Assembly (NCBI GenBank): GCA_049599535.1 | Contig: JBMYOR010000001.1 | Location: 1-30,791 of the forward strand | Direction of reading: 5' to 3' | Origin: Bacteroidia bacterium | GTDB taxonomy: Bacteria > Bacteroidota > Bacteroidia > CAILMK01 > JACPUW01 | Length of the DNA: 30,791 bases | In this document: in pieces, positions 14,707 through 23,766 of the stretch | Layout of the letters: every line of letters starts with the position of its first letter | Numbering within the stretch: position 1 is the first letter of the stretch | Made by a program: the position numbers and the translations under genes | Notes under the pieces: generated by a model | Database searches by the model: none | Told to the model about the DNA's origin: nothing | Seen by the model: only the letters and a program-made list of their open reading frames with translations

Positions 14707-17706
14707 ATGCGTACTTTATTACTTGTGTTTACTTTTGGCTTACTACCGTTTATTGGCCTTGGGCAGTTTGCGCTAAATGGTTCGGCTACAAAAGTGTCTG
14801 ATTCAATTTACCAACTTACACCAGCTCAAACCGGTACGGTGGGTAGTATTTGGGATTCAACTAGGCTCGATGTATCAAAGAGTTTTGATATTAGTTTTAA
14901 TTTAAGATTTGGATGCAACAATGGCGGAGCCGATGGAATTGCCTTTGTATTACAGCGTGATATTGATGGGTTAAGTGCTTTGGCTAAAAATGTAAACCGC
15001 ATGGGGTATCAAACGGCTATTGGCAACTCTGTGGCATTTGAGTTTGATACCGAAAATGATGGAACAAATGATATTGGCCCTGACCACGTGGCAATTCATA
15101 AAAATGGAGCTCAAAATTCGGTGTTGGCAGGGCCAGAGAGTATGTACCTAGATGCCCGAAATGTTGAAGATTGCGGACTGCACCGAGTTAGAATTACCTA
15201 CAACAGTGCCAATAATGCTGTAGTTGTATATGTAGATTGTCAGCAGCGTATAAGCACTAAAATAGACTTAAAAAACGATATTTTTAACGGTGCTAACAAT
15301 GTTTGGATGGGCTTTACGGCATCAAACGGAAGCACTAATACCCCTCATTTGGTTCAATGGATTGGCAATACAAGGCCATTAACCTTTGGTTTAGATGTAG
15401 CAGCGGTTTGTCCCGATTCAATTCAATTAAAGTCGGCTGATCTTAACCGCAATGAGTTTACAAATCCAAAATGGGAGATTGTTTATAAGGGCAATACAAT
15501 AAGCACAATTAATAAATATAAATCAGTTTATAAAGCCCCGCAATTAGGGAATTATGAAATTAAGCTTAGTGTGCTAAGGGTTTGCGATAGTGTAAATCTT
15601 AACCGTCAAACTACAGTAAAAGCTATTGACGAAACCGATGTTTCTCTAAGCTATGAGATAGATACGTTTTGTGATAATTTTAAATTAAGGGTTAATACCA
15701 GTTGTTTAACCTGCAACGATTTACAATGGGATTTCGGTTCGCAGGCGGCTGCTTGGGGATTTCCTAATCAAATATTGAATTTTACCCGCAGCACGCATAC
15801 CAATGCAACATTTATTGCCGAATCTCGAAACGGTAGTTGTTTTGCCAAAGATTCGCTACAGTTTGATTTAAAAGTATTAAATAAATATGCCCCATCAATT
15901 GCTTTTAATAATGATACAATATGCGGTGGCGATAGGCTACTAATTTCAGTTGATCCTAGTATAGGCGATTCTGTAGGTTTTGAATTTACACCAGGTTTTG
16001 GGTTAAACCCTGTGGGCAAAGCGGGGCTAGATACTATAAGTTTGGCACCAACGGGTTTTGGTACTTTAGGGGTATACAGATCGGTGCATTATCCAAAATA
16101 CTCATGTATTTTTAACGATACGCATTTTGTACAAGTAGATACTTTTCCTGTAGCAGATTTTTTAGTTTTAGATTCAAGCAAAAACTGCAATAAGGTAGTT
16201 TACAATTTCCAAAACAAATCGCTTTATGCTTCAAATTATAAGTGGCTTACAACTTACGATACGGTTAGGGTTCAAGATTTGAGCACATTGGTAACATTTC
16301 CGAGGCAGTTTAGTGTAAGGCTAGTTACTGTAAATGGTGCTTGTAGAGACACAGCCCTATGGAAAACCTTGCCCGACTTATATTATGCCCCCGTAAGTAG
16401 TTTAAGTTCAGATTCAACTGAAGGTTGCTCGCCTTTTGAAACAACATTTAATTGGAAATCTGAACCACTTGATTCATATTTTATTGATTTCGGAAACGGT
16501 GTAGATTCATTTGGAACAAAGCGAAATGAAACCATTAAAATGGACTATACATCAGGATTTTATGATGTAAAATGGATTACTTATTCGGGTAATGGAAATT
16601 GCATAGACACTACCATTTTAAGCGAATATATTATAGTGAGAGATTCGGTTGAAGCCGGGCTCGGTATTGCCGATTTTGGTGGTTGTCCACCTTTTAGGTT
16701 AGATATTAGCGATAGTAGCTTTTTTGGTGATGCAGATATCCAAAATAAGTATGTGTCGGTTTCAACCAGCGATAATTTGAATTTTAGGCAGGTTTATTTT
16801 TTAAATGATGAAGATACAACTCTTGAAAACGAAGGTATTTACAATGTGGTATATTACGTAAGCAATGGCTATTGTACCGATACCGTTTTTGAGCAAGTTG
16901 AAGTAAAAGGACTTACCAAAAAAGATACCGTTGAGCTTTACGGTGTAACTATAGATGACAACCTGAATGCCAATTATAGCTGGAAACCAGAAGCGGTGGC
17001 ATCTTATTACGATGTATCAAGGGTAGATGATGCGGGTTCTGAAAGAATATTTGCTCAAATTATAGATACCGCTCTTATTGATCATTCTATTAATGCAACA
17101 CGTACCGAATATAAATATACCGTTACCGCAGTAGACGATTGTGGATCGCGCAGTGCGGAATCTCAAATTTCAACTACCATACTGCTTACCGGCGAAGTAA
17201 ATGAAGAACAAATAGCGCAGCTTAGCTGGACCGAATATGAGTATTATCCGGGCGGTGTAAGAAACTACGTAATTGAACCCATAAATGGCACCAAGGTAAA
17301 TACCAATGGTACCCAGTTTTTCGATGATGAATTTTTTGATTTAAGTAAACCCGATACAGGCAGGTGCTACAGAGTTTATGCTTATGAAAACGGCGGCGAT
17401 AGTTTTATAAGTGCTAGTAATATTTTATGCCTTTCGCCACAAACTCAAGTTTATTTTCCTTCGGCTTTTTCGCCAAATAATGATGGCGATAACGATACCT
17501 TTAAATGGAAAGGAGTAGGGGTGAGATCTACCAATTTGCGTATTTACAATAGGTGGGGGCAAAGGGTTTTTGATGGCGAAAACGAATGGGATGGTACTTT
17601 TAACAACACCATTTGCCAAGATGGCCTTTATTACTATGTGGCTACAATGGTAGGCTCAAACAACGACACCTATTTTTATAAAGGAGAGATTTATTTAAGA
17701 CAATAA
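14707..17706 (+). CDS. T9SS type B-CTD surface protein with N-terminal L-type (legume-like) lectin domain, PKD-like/Ig-like and FN3-like domains
   Basis: Start moved from 14569 (overlaps rfaD) to ATG 14707, which gives the signal peptide MRTLLLVFTFGLLPFIGLG-Q. Lectin motifs GADGIAFVLQ and VAFEFDT..D....DHVAI. CTD FPSAFSPNNDGDNDTF...IYNRWGQ.VF....WDGT......G.YYY. Confidence 0.87.
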   Translation: MRTLLLVFTFGLLPFIGLGQFALNGSATKVSDSIYQLTPAQTGTVGSIWDSTRLDVSKSFDISFNLRFGCNNGGADGIAFVLQRDIDGLSALAKNVNRMGYQTAIGNSVAFEFDTENDGTNDIGPDHVAIHKNGAQNSVLAGPESMYLDARNVEDCGLHRVRITYNSANNAVVVYVDCQQRISTKIDLKNDIFNGANNVWMGFTASNGSTNTPHLVQWIGNTRPLTFGLDVAAVCPDSIQLKSADLNRNEFTNPKWEIVYKGNTISTINKYKSVYKAPQLGNYEIKLSVLRVCDSVNLNRQTTVKAIDETDVSLSYEIDTFCDNFKLRVNTSCLTCNDLQWDFGSQAAAWGFPNQILNFTRSTHTNATFIAESRNGSCFAKDSLQFDLKVLNKYAPSIAFNNDTICGGDRLLISVDPSIGDSVGFEFTPGFGLNPVGKAGLDTISLAPTGFGTLGVYRSVHYPKYSCIFNDTHFVQVDTFPVADFLVLDSSKNCNKVVYNFQNKSLYASNYKWLTTYDTVRVQDLSTLVTFPRQFSVRLVTVNGACRDTALWKTLPDLYYAPVSSLSSDSTEGCSPFETTFNWKSEPLDSYFIDFGNGVDSFGTKRNETIKMDYTSGFYDVKWITYSGNGNCIDTTILSEYIIVRDSVEAGLGIADFGGCPPFRLDISDSSFFGDADIQNKYVSVSTSDNLNFRQVYFLNDEDTTLENEGIYNVVYYVSNGYCTDTVFEQVEVKGLTKKDTVELYGVTIDDNLNANYSWKPEAVASYYDVSRVDDAGSERIFAQIIDTALIDHSINATRTEYKYTVTAVDDCGSRSAESQISTTILLTGEVNEEQIAQLSWTEYEYYPGGVRNYVIEPINGTKVNTNGTQFFDDEFFDLSKPDTGRCYRVYAYENGGDSFISASNILCLSPQTQVYFPSAFSPNNDGDNDTFKWKGVGVRSTNLRIYNRWGQRVFDGENEWDGTFNNTICQDGLYYYVATMVGSNNDTYFYKGEIYLRQ

Positions 17707-17710
17707 AAAG

Positions 17711-18412
17711 ATGAAAAACCTACTTTTACTCAGCAACTCAACTTTAAAAGGCGATCCATATTTTCAATGGCCGCTACCTTATGTACAGGCTTTTTGCGAA
17801 AGATTAAATATTAAAAAGGTAGCATTTGTGCCTTTTGCTGCGGTTACTTTTAGTTTTGATGAATACACCAGCATTTTACAAAAAGCCACAAAATCTATTG
17901 GGCTCGAAATTATAGGTGTTCATAATAATGTCAATGCTTTAGCTGAAGCCGATGCAGTTGCAGTTGGCGGTGGCAACACCTTTGCGCTTTTAAAAAGAAC
18001 CTATGAAGCCGGATTGGTACAAAAAATTAGAGATAAAGTAAATAATGGTGTGCCATACATGGGTTGGAGTGCGGGTTCTAATATGGCCTGCCCCTACGTT
18101 TTTACAACAAACGATATGCCTATAGTTGAGCCGCCAAGTTTTAATGCACTTAATCTTATTCCCTTTCAAATTAATCCGCATTATACCAATATGGTATTAA
18201 AAGGCCATGGTGGCGAAAGTCGTGATACTAGAATTAATGAGTTTACTGCAATAAATAACCTTAATGTGGCCGCCATACCTGAAGGCAGTTTAATTGAAGT
18301 AGCAGGTAGCAAAATTGCCTATAAAGGTGCGGGGCAATTAAAACACTTTAAGCAGGGGCAGCAGCCAAAACTTTATACTCAAACTGACGACATATCATTC
18401 TTATTAAAATGA
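17711..18412 (+). CDS. pepE: Dipeptidase E (peptidase S51)
   Basis: LLLLSNST, VGGGNTF.LL, GWSAG nucleophile, PFQINPHY, PEG; triad residues present. Confidence 0.95.
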   Translation: MKNLLLLSNSTLKGDPYFQWPLPYVQAFCERLNIKKVAFVPFAAVTFSFDEYTSILQKATKSIGLEIIGVHNNVNALAEADAVAVGGGNTFALLKRTYEAGLVQKIRDKVNNGVPYMGWSAGSNMACPYVFTTNDMPIVEPPSFNALNLIPFQINPHYTNMVLKGHGGESRDTRINEFTAINNLNVAAIPEGSLIEVAGSKIAYKGAGQLKHFKQGQQPKLYTQTDDISFLLK

Positions 18413-19152
18413 AGAAACACATTCCGAACATAATTACCCTTGGCAATTTGGCTTGTGGTTGCGTAGGATTGGCCTTTGCCCACGTAGGCAATATTTGGGG
18501 TGCAGCCTTAATGGTTATTTTGGCAGCAGTATTCGATTTTTTTGATGGTTTCGCTGCTCGTCTGCTGCACGTAAAATCTGAAATAGGCGCACAGCTAGAT
18601 TCACTTTCAGACTTGGTAAGTTTTGGCGTATTGCCAGCTTTTATTGCCCATGAGCTTTTTGTTTTAGGGTCAATGCATCAAGAGTGGTCAAGGCTTTACT
18701 TTTTAAATGGAGCCAACTCCTGGTCTCTTTTAGTATTTGTATTTGCCCTAGCGGGTGCCTACAGATTGGCAAGGTTTAATGTTACTCAGTCAGATTCTGA
18801 TGAATTTAGGGGTTTGCCCATACCTGCGGCAGGTTTGTACCTAAGCAGTTTTGCATTAATTTATCGTTTTGGTTTGCATAGTACGCCGTTTTCGCCAGAG
18901 TTAATTGAAACCTACGCCACCAGCAATATTGGTTTACTGGTTACGGCAGCAGCATTGGGTTTGCTAATGGTTTCTAAAGTAAAACTACTTACCCTAAAAG
19001 TAAGCAGCTTTGGCTTAAAAGGCAACGAGTTTAGGATAGTACTTATTTTAGGTAGCATACTACTGCTTATATTTTTTGGTGTGTTAGCCATTCAACTCAT
19101 TGTACTTTTGTATTTACTATTATCATTAATTCAAAACGCAACAGTAAAATGA
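18409..19152 (+). CDS. pssA: CDP-alcohol phosphatidyltransferase, probably phosphatidylserine synthase
   Basis: IPN.ITLGNL, D.FDGFAAR.L...S.IG.QLDSL.D.VSFGV.P, RLARFN, F.GLP.PA. Exact substrate inferred from family. Confidence 0.85.
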   Translation: MKKHIPNIITLGNLACGCVGLAFAHVGNIWGAALMVILAAVFDFFDGFAARLLHVKSEIGAQLDSLSDLVSFGVLPAFIAHELFVLGSMHQEWSRLYFLNGANSWSLLVFVFALAGAYRLARFNVTQSDSDEFRGLPIPAAGLYLSSFALIYRFGLHSTPFSPELIETYATSNIGLLVTAAALGLLMVSKVKLLTLKVSSFGLKGNEFRIVLILGSILLLIFFGVLAIQLIVLLYLLLSLIQNATVK

Positions 19153-19403
19153 AGTTTCAGGTAGCGGTAGATATTATGCCCCTTGACGAATTGCTAGATC
19201 CCCAAGGCAAAGTAGTAAACAGAGGTTTACACAACTTAGGTTTAAATGGTATTGACAATGTAAGAATTGGTAAACATATGAATTTTAGCATTGAAAGCAA
19301 TAGCCGCGATGAGGCCGAAAAACAAGTGGAGGATGCATGTAAAAAGCTTTTGGCTAATCTAATTATGGAAAAATATTCTTTTGAATTAACCGAGATTGGA
19401 TAG
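19149..19403 (+). CDS. purS: Phosphoribosylformylglycinamidine synthase subunit PurS
   Basis: LLDPQGK.V...L..LG...I..VRIGK......C.KLLAN...E.Y; 84 aa. Confidence 0.94.
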   Translation: MKFQVAVDIMPLDELLDPQGKVVNRGLHNLGLNGIDNVRIGKHMNFSIESNSRDEAEKQVEDACKKLLANLIMEKYSFELTEIG

Positions 19404-20674
19404 TGCGTTTTGCCTTTGTTGCATTATTAATAATATTACTTACTTCAAATATTTGGGCGCAAAACCTTGATTATGCCAAAAGCGTAGTAAAGGTTTTGTG
19501 TGCCGAAGATTACCACGGGCGTGGATATGTAAATGATGGGAGCAAAAAATCGGCAAATTTTATTCATAGTGAATTTAAAAAGGCGGGTTTAAAAGGGGTT
19601 CAGTTTCAAAAATTCACGCATTCGGTAAATACTTTTCCGGGCAAGCTTTCGGTAGCTATTGATGGCAACGAGCTAAAACCTGGCAAAGATTATCAAGTAG
19701 AACCATCATCAAAAGGCTGTAGCGATTTAGCCCTAAACTTGGTTTACCTGCAAGCTAAGCATTTAAAAAGCTATCGTAAATTCAAGCGGTTTGTTAAAAA
19801 GCATAATTGGAGCCAAAGTGCATTGGTTTACAGCAATAGCATAATTGTAAATATTAATGATGACAATGTTGGCAGGGCCTTTGCCAACAATGAGTTTGGT
19901 GCGGCGGCTTATATAAACATTGTTGAAGCCGAAAAACTTACTTGGAGTGTTAGAGATAGGGTGAAAAATAGAATTTGGATTGAAATTTTAGAAGGCTCGT
20001 TTCCTAAAAATGCACGAGCAATTAGCCTTAATATTGAGCAAGAATTTATTTCAGAGTTCAACAATCAAAATGTATTGGGTTTTCTTTCAGGTAAAAGCTC
20101 AGATTCTACCATAGTATTTACTGCACATTACGATCATTTGGGCAGAATGGGCACCGAGGCCTGTTTTTACGGAACAAATGACAATGCAGGCGGCACAGCC
20201 ATGTTGCTCGATTTGGCCAATTTTTATGCTAAAAATGACTCACTCCGTAAATACAATATGCTTTTTATTGCCTTTGCGGGCGAAGAAGCCGGTTTGGTGG
20301 GGTCTAAATATTACGTCGAGAATCCGGTATATCCGCTTGAGCAAATTAGCTTGCTTATAAACCTTGATTTGGTTACCAATGGCCAAGATGGAATGACCGT
20401 GGTAAATGGCAGAGTGTTTAAAGGAGTAATGAAAATGCTCAAAAAAATAAATGGAGAAAAAGAATACATGACTGTTATAAAAGGCAGGGGCAAAGCAGCC
20501 AATAGCGATCATTATCATTTCTCAGAAAATGGTGTGCGTTCAATATTCATTTACCTTTTGGGCGATTATCCTTATTACCACGATATTAATGATACGCCCG
20601 ATAAACCCAGCTGGGCAGGCTACAATAACTTTTTTCATTTAATTGTAGATCTCTGCAACACTATAGCAGAGTAG
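19403..20674 (+). CDS. M28-family zinc aminopeptidase, secreted/periplasmic
   Basis: GTG start, signal peptide ending IWA-Q; AHYDHLG, NDNAGG, GEEAGL.GS, NLD, NSDH..F, YH...DT. No T9SS CTD. Confidence 0.9.
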   Translation: MRFAFVALLIILLTSNIWAQNLDYAKSVVKVLCAEDYHGRGYVNDGSKKSANFIHSEFKKAGLKGVQFQKFTHSVNTFPGKLSVAIDGNELKPGKDYQVEPSSKGCSDLALNLVYLQAKHLKSYRKFKRFVKKHNWSQSALVYSNSIIVNINDDNVGRAFANNEFGAAAYINIVEAEKLTWSVRDRVKNRIWIEILEGSFPKNARAISLNIEQEFISEFNNQNVLGFLSGKSSDSTIVFTAHYDHLGRMGTEACFYGTNDNAGGTAMLLDLANFYAKNDSLRKYNMLFIAFAGEEAGLVGSKYYVENPVYPLEQISLLINLDLVTNGQDGMTVVNGRVFKGVMKMLKKINGEKEYMTVIKGRGKAANSDHYHFSENGVRSIFIYLLGDYPYYHDINDTPDKPSWAGYNNFFHLIVDLCNTIAE

Positions 20675-20802
20675 GCCATCAAATTAACCTAAGGGGAGTA
20701 AGTTATTAAGTAACCCTATAATTTATTCACTTTCGATTAAAAAGTGAGCACCGCTTTTTAACCAGTAGGTTTGAGTTACTGCTTTCATTTTCTGATTCAA
20801 AC

Positions 20803-20819
20803 AACTAAGTAACTTAGTT
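20803..20819. promoter_or_regulatory. Palindrome upstream of the maeB promoter, possible regulator site
   Basis: AACTAAGT-A-ACTTAGTT (8-1-8 perfect inverted repeat). Confidence 0.4.
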
Positions 20820-20844
20820 CATTTTATAAAGGCGCTCATTGTTC

Positions 20845-20852
20845 TACTTTTG
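20845..20852 (+). promoter_or_regulatory. -7 element for maeB-ruvA-sprA
   Basis: TACTTTTG matches TAnnTTTG; TTTA 18 nt upstream could serve as -33; ATG 26 nt downstream. Confidence 0.68.
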
Positions 20853-20865
20853 AGCGCTCAAAAGT
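20846..20865. promoter_or_regulatory. Perfect 20-bp palindrome overlapping the maeB -7 element and predicted start site; candidate operator
   Basis: ACTTTTGAGCGCTCAAAAGT is its own reverse complement. Confidence 0.55.
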
Positions 20866-20878
20866 TTTACAGGTTATT

Positions 20879-23176
20879 ATGGCCAAGATTATAAGAAAAA
20901 AGGATGCCCTGAACTACCATTCTGATGGAAGACCAGGTAAAATAGAAGTAGTATCAACTAAACCTACAAATACACAGCGAGATTTGGCGTTGGCCTACTC
21001 GCCCGGTGTGGCCGAACCTTGTAAAGATATTGCCGAAAATGTAGATGAAGTTTATAAATACACCGCCAAGGGAAATTTGGTAGGTGTAATATCAAATGGT
21101 ACCGCAGTTTTAGGTTTGGGCGATATTGGTCCTGAGGCATCAAAACCAGTAATGGAAGGTAAAGGAGTGTTATTTAAAACCTTTGCCGATATTGATGTTT
21201 TTGACCTTGAACTGAATACAAAAAACATTGAGGAGTTTATAAGCGTAGTAAAAGCGCTTGAACCCACTTTTGGTGGAATAAATCTTGAAGATATTGCCGC
21301 CCCAGATTGTTTCGAAATTGAAACACGGCTTAAAAAGGAGCTTAATATTCCTGTAATGCATGATGATCAGCACGGTACCGCAATAATTTCGGCGGCTGCT
21401 TTGCTCAATGCGCTTGAGGTTTCGGGTAAAAATATCTCTGAAATTAAAATGGTAGTAAACGGCGCTGGTGCAAGTGCAGTATCATGTACAAGGCTAATAA
21501 TATCGTTAGGTGTAAACCCCCAAAATGTGTTAATGCTCGATAGCAAAGGGGTAATACATAGCGAGCGCCAAGGGCTTACAGGTATGAAAAAAGAGTTTGC
21601 CCGTAAAACAGATAAGCGTAGCCTTGAAGATGCCATGGCCGGAGCCGACTTTTTTTTAGGTTTATCTCGAGGTAATATTTTAAGTCCTGAAGCACTAAAA
21701 CTAATGGCACCAAACCCAATTGTGTTTGCATTGGCCAACCCCGACCCTGAAATTAAATACGAACTTGCCCTAAGTACCCGAGATGATATTATGATGGCAA
21801 CCGGAAGATCTGATCATCCTAACCAGGTAAACAATGTATTGGGTTTTCCTTTTATTTTTAGAGGCGCTCTTGATGTAAGATCTACGTCTATTAACGAAGA
21901 AATGAAAAGAGCTGCCGTAAAGGCCATTGCCGAACTAGCTAAAAAACCGGTTCCTGAAATTGTAAAACTCGCTTACAATATGCCAGGCTTATCGTTTGGT
22001 GCTGAGTATCTTATTCCTAAACCGCTCGATCCAAGGTTGATTTCAACAGTGGCACCAGCAGTTGCCAAGGCAGCGGTAGATTCAGGCGTTGCACGAAACC
22101 CAATATTTAATTGGGATCAATATGCAATTGATTTACAAACCCGCATGGGCAATGAAAATCAATTAATGCGAATTGTTTTTAATAGAGCTCGAAAAGATCC
22201 AAAAAGAATTGTTTTTCCTGAAGGTGATGTGCTAGAGATACTAATGGCCGCACAAACCATGCACGACGATGGCTTTGCAATACCAGTACTTTTAGGCAGG
22301 CGCGCTAAAATAGAAAAGCTTATAAAAGAAAATAATTTTGAACTTGAAGGAGTTGAGATAATTGACCCTATTGAAAATGAGCCGCTTAGGGCAAAATATG
22401 GAGAGTTGCTATTTAATAAAAAGCAGCGCAAAGGTTATACACTAAGTGAAGCCATAAGAACCATGAAAACCAGAAACTATTTTGCTTTTGGAATGGTTGA
22501 AAATGGCGATGCCGACGCGGTTGTAACTGGCCATACAAGAAAATATGCCGATGTAATAAGGCCTGCGCTACAAATAATTGGCCCTGAGCCAAATTGTAAA
22601 CGTGTAGCGGGTATGTATATATTACTTACCAAAAAAGGTATTATGTTTTTTGGTGATCCTACGGTAAATTCAAACCCTGATGTTGATACCATTGTACACA
22701 TTACCGAGTTAATTGCCCGTGCGGCCAAAAATTTTGATATGGAACCAAGGGTAGCACTTTTATCCTATTCAAACTTTGGATCTGCCAATACAAAGAGCGC
22801 TCGTAAAATGGCCAAAGCAGCTCAAATATTAAGCGAAAAACACCCTGATTTAATTGTTGATGGAGAAATGCAAGCCAACTTTGCATTAAATAAAGATTTA
22901 CTCAAGTCGCATTTTCCATTCTCTAAATTGGTAGATAAAAAGGTAAACGTACTTATTTTCCCAAGTTTATCGTCGGGTAATATTTCTTATAAACTATTGC
23001 AAGAGCTAGGCAATGTTGAAGCCATTGGCCCATTGCTATTAGGTATGAATAAAAGCGTTCATATACTTCAAATGGGTTGTTCCGTTAGAGAAATTGTTAA
23101 TGTTGCAGCGGTTGCAGCAATGGATGCCCAAATTATTCAATCAAAAACCAATATTGATCCATGTACGGATATTTAA
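20879..23176 (+). CDS. maeB: NADP-dependent malic enzyme with C-terminal phosphotransacetylase-like domain
   Basis: LALAYSPGVA.PC, NGTAVLGLG.IG..ASKPVMEGK, INLEDI, HDDQHGTA, NGAGA, ALANPDPEI, TGRSD.PNQVNNVLGFPFIFRG; PTA-like C-terminal half (DGEMQAN.A, GP.LLG). Confidence 0.97.
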   Translation: MAKIIRKKDALNYHSDGRPGKIEVVSTKPTNTQRDLALAYSPGVAEPCKDIAENVDEVYKYTAKGNLVGVISNGTAVLGLGDIGPEASKPVMEGKGVLFKTFADIDVFDLELNTKNIEEFISVVKALEPTFGGINLEDIAAPDCFEIETRLKKELNIPVMHDDQHGTAIISAAALLNALEVSGKNISEIKMVVNGAGASAVSCTRLIISLGVNPQNVLMLDSKGVIHSERQGLTGMKKEFARKTDKRSLEDAMAGADFFLGLSRGNILSPEALKLMAPNPIVFALANPDPEIKYELALSTRDDIMMATGRSDHPNQVNNVLGFPFIFRGALDVRSTSINEEMKRAAVKAIAELAKKPVPEIVKLAYNMPGLSFGAEYLIPKPLDPRLISTVAPAVAKAAVDSGVARNPIFNWDQYAIDLQTRMGNENQLMRIVFNRARKDPKRIVFPEGDVLEILMAAQTMHDDGFAIPVLLGRRAKIEKLIKENNFELEGVEIIDPIENEPLRAKYGELLFNKKQRKGYTLSEAIRTMKTRNYFAFGMVENGDADAVVTGHTRKYADVIRPALQIIGPEPNCKRVAGMYILLTKKGIMFFGDPTVNSNPDVDTIVHITELIARAAKNFDMEPRVALLSYSNFGSANTKSARKMAKAAQILSEKHPDLIVDGEMQANFALNKDLLKSHFPFSKLVDKKVNVLIFPSLSSGNISYKLLQELGNVEAIGPLLLGMNKSVHILQMGCSVREIVNVAAVAAMDAQIIQSKTNIDPCTDI

Positions 23177-23751
23177 AAGGAGATTTAGCAGAGTGTAGCC
23201 CAACCAATGCCTTGCTTGATGTAAACGGAGTTGGATACGATTTAAGCATTTCGCTTTACACCTTTGAAAAAATCAGCAATAAAAAGCAAATTGTACTGTT
23301 TACCTACCTATGGGTAAAAGATGATGCCTTATCATTATTCGGTTTTTTTGATAAAGAAGAGAAAGCCATTTTTGAAATGATGATTACCGTATCAGGTATT
23401 GGCCCCAATACCGCACGCACGGTTTTATCAACTTTATCACCATCAGAAGTAGTAAGTGCAATAAGTTCGGGCAATGTGCCGTTACTCAAATCTGTAAAAG
23501 GAATTGGCGCTAAAACCGCTCAGCGAATGGTACTTGAATTACAAGATAAATTAATGAAAAACGGCTCTGGCGGGCAGCTTGACGTAATGCAAGCGCATGA
23601 TGCCAGCCGCGAAGAAGCAATTGCCGCACTAGTAATGCTAGGATTTGCTCGTAATGCTGCCGAAAAAGCACTGGCAAGAGTAATTAAAAACAATTCAGAC
23701 GATGATCTTAGCGTTGAACAACTTATAAAACTTACACTAAAGGCTATATAG
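23161..23751 (+). CDS. ruvA: Holliday junction branch migration protein RuvA
   Basis: VNGVGY, LFGF....E...F...I.VSGIGP.TA, VKGIGAKTAQR..LEL.DK, EA..AL..LGF. Overlaps the maeB end by 16 nt. Confidence 0.97.
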   Translation: MYGYLKGDLAECSPTNALLDVNGVGYDLSISLYTFEKISNKKQIVLFTYLWVKDDALSLFGFFDKEEKAIFEMMITVSGIGPNTARTVLSTLSPSEVVSAISSGNVPLLKSVKGIGAKTAQRMVLELQDKLMKNGSGGQLDVMQAHDASREEAIAALVMLGFARNAAEKALARVIKNNSDDDLSVEQLIKLTLKAI

Positions 23752-23766
23752 AACAGACTGCTACTC

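Noticed and set aside
20727-20760. Intrinsic terminator after the M28 gene
   Set aside because: The stems are weak and AT-rich and two alternative pairings compete; kept only as part of the intergenic-structure finding.
21650-21657. T8 tract in maeB (a similar one is at 24730-24737 in sprA) as phase-variation sites
   Set aside because: Short for slippage, expected in an AT-rich genome, in frame, and in housekeeping genes.
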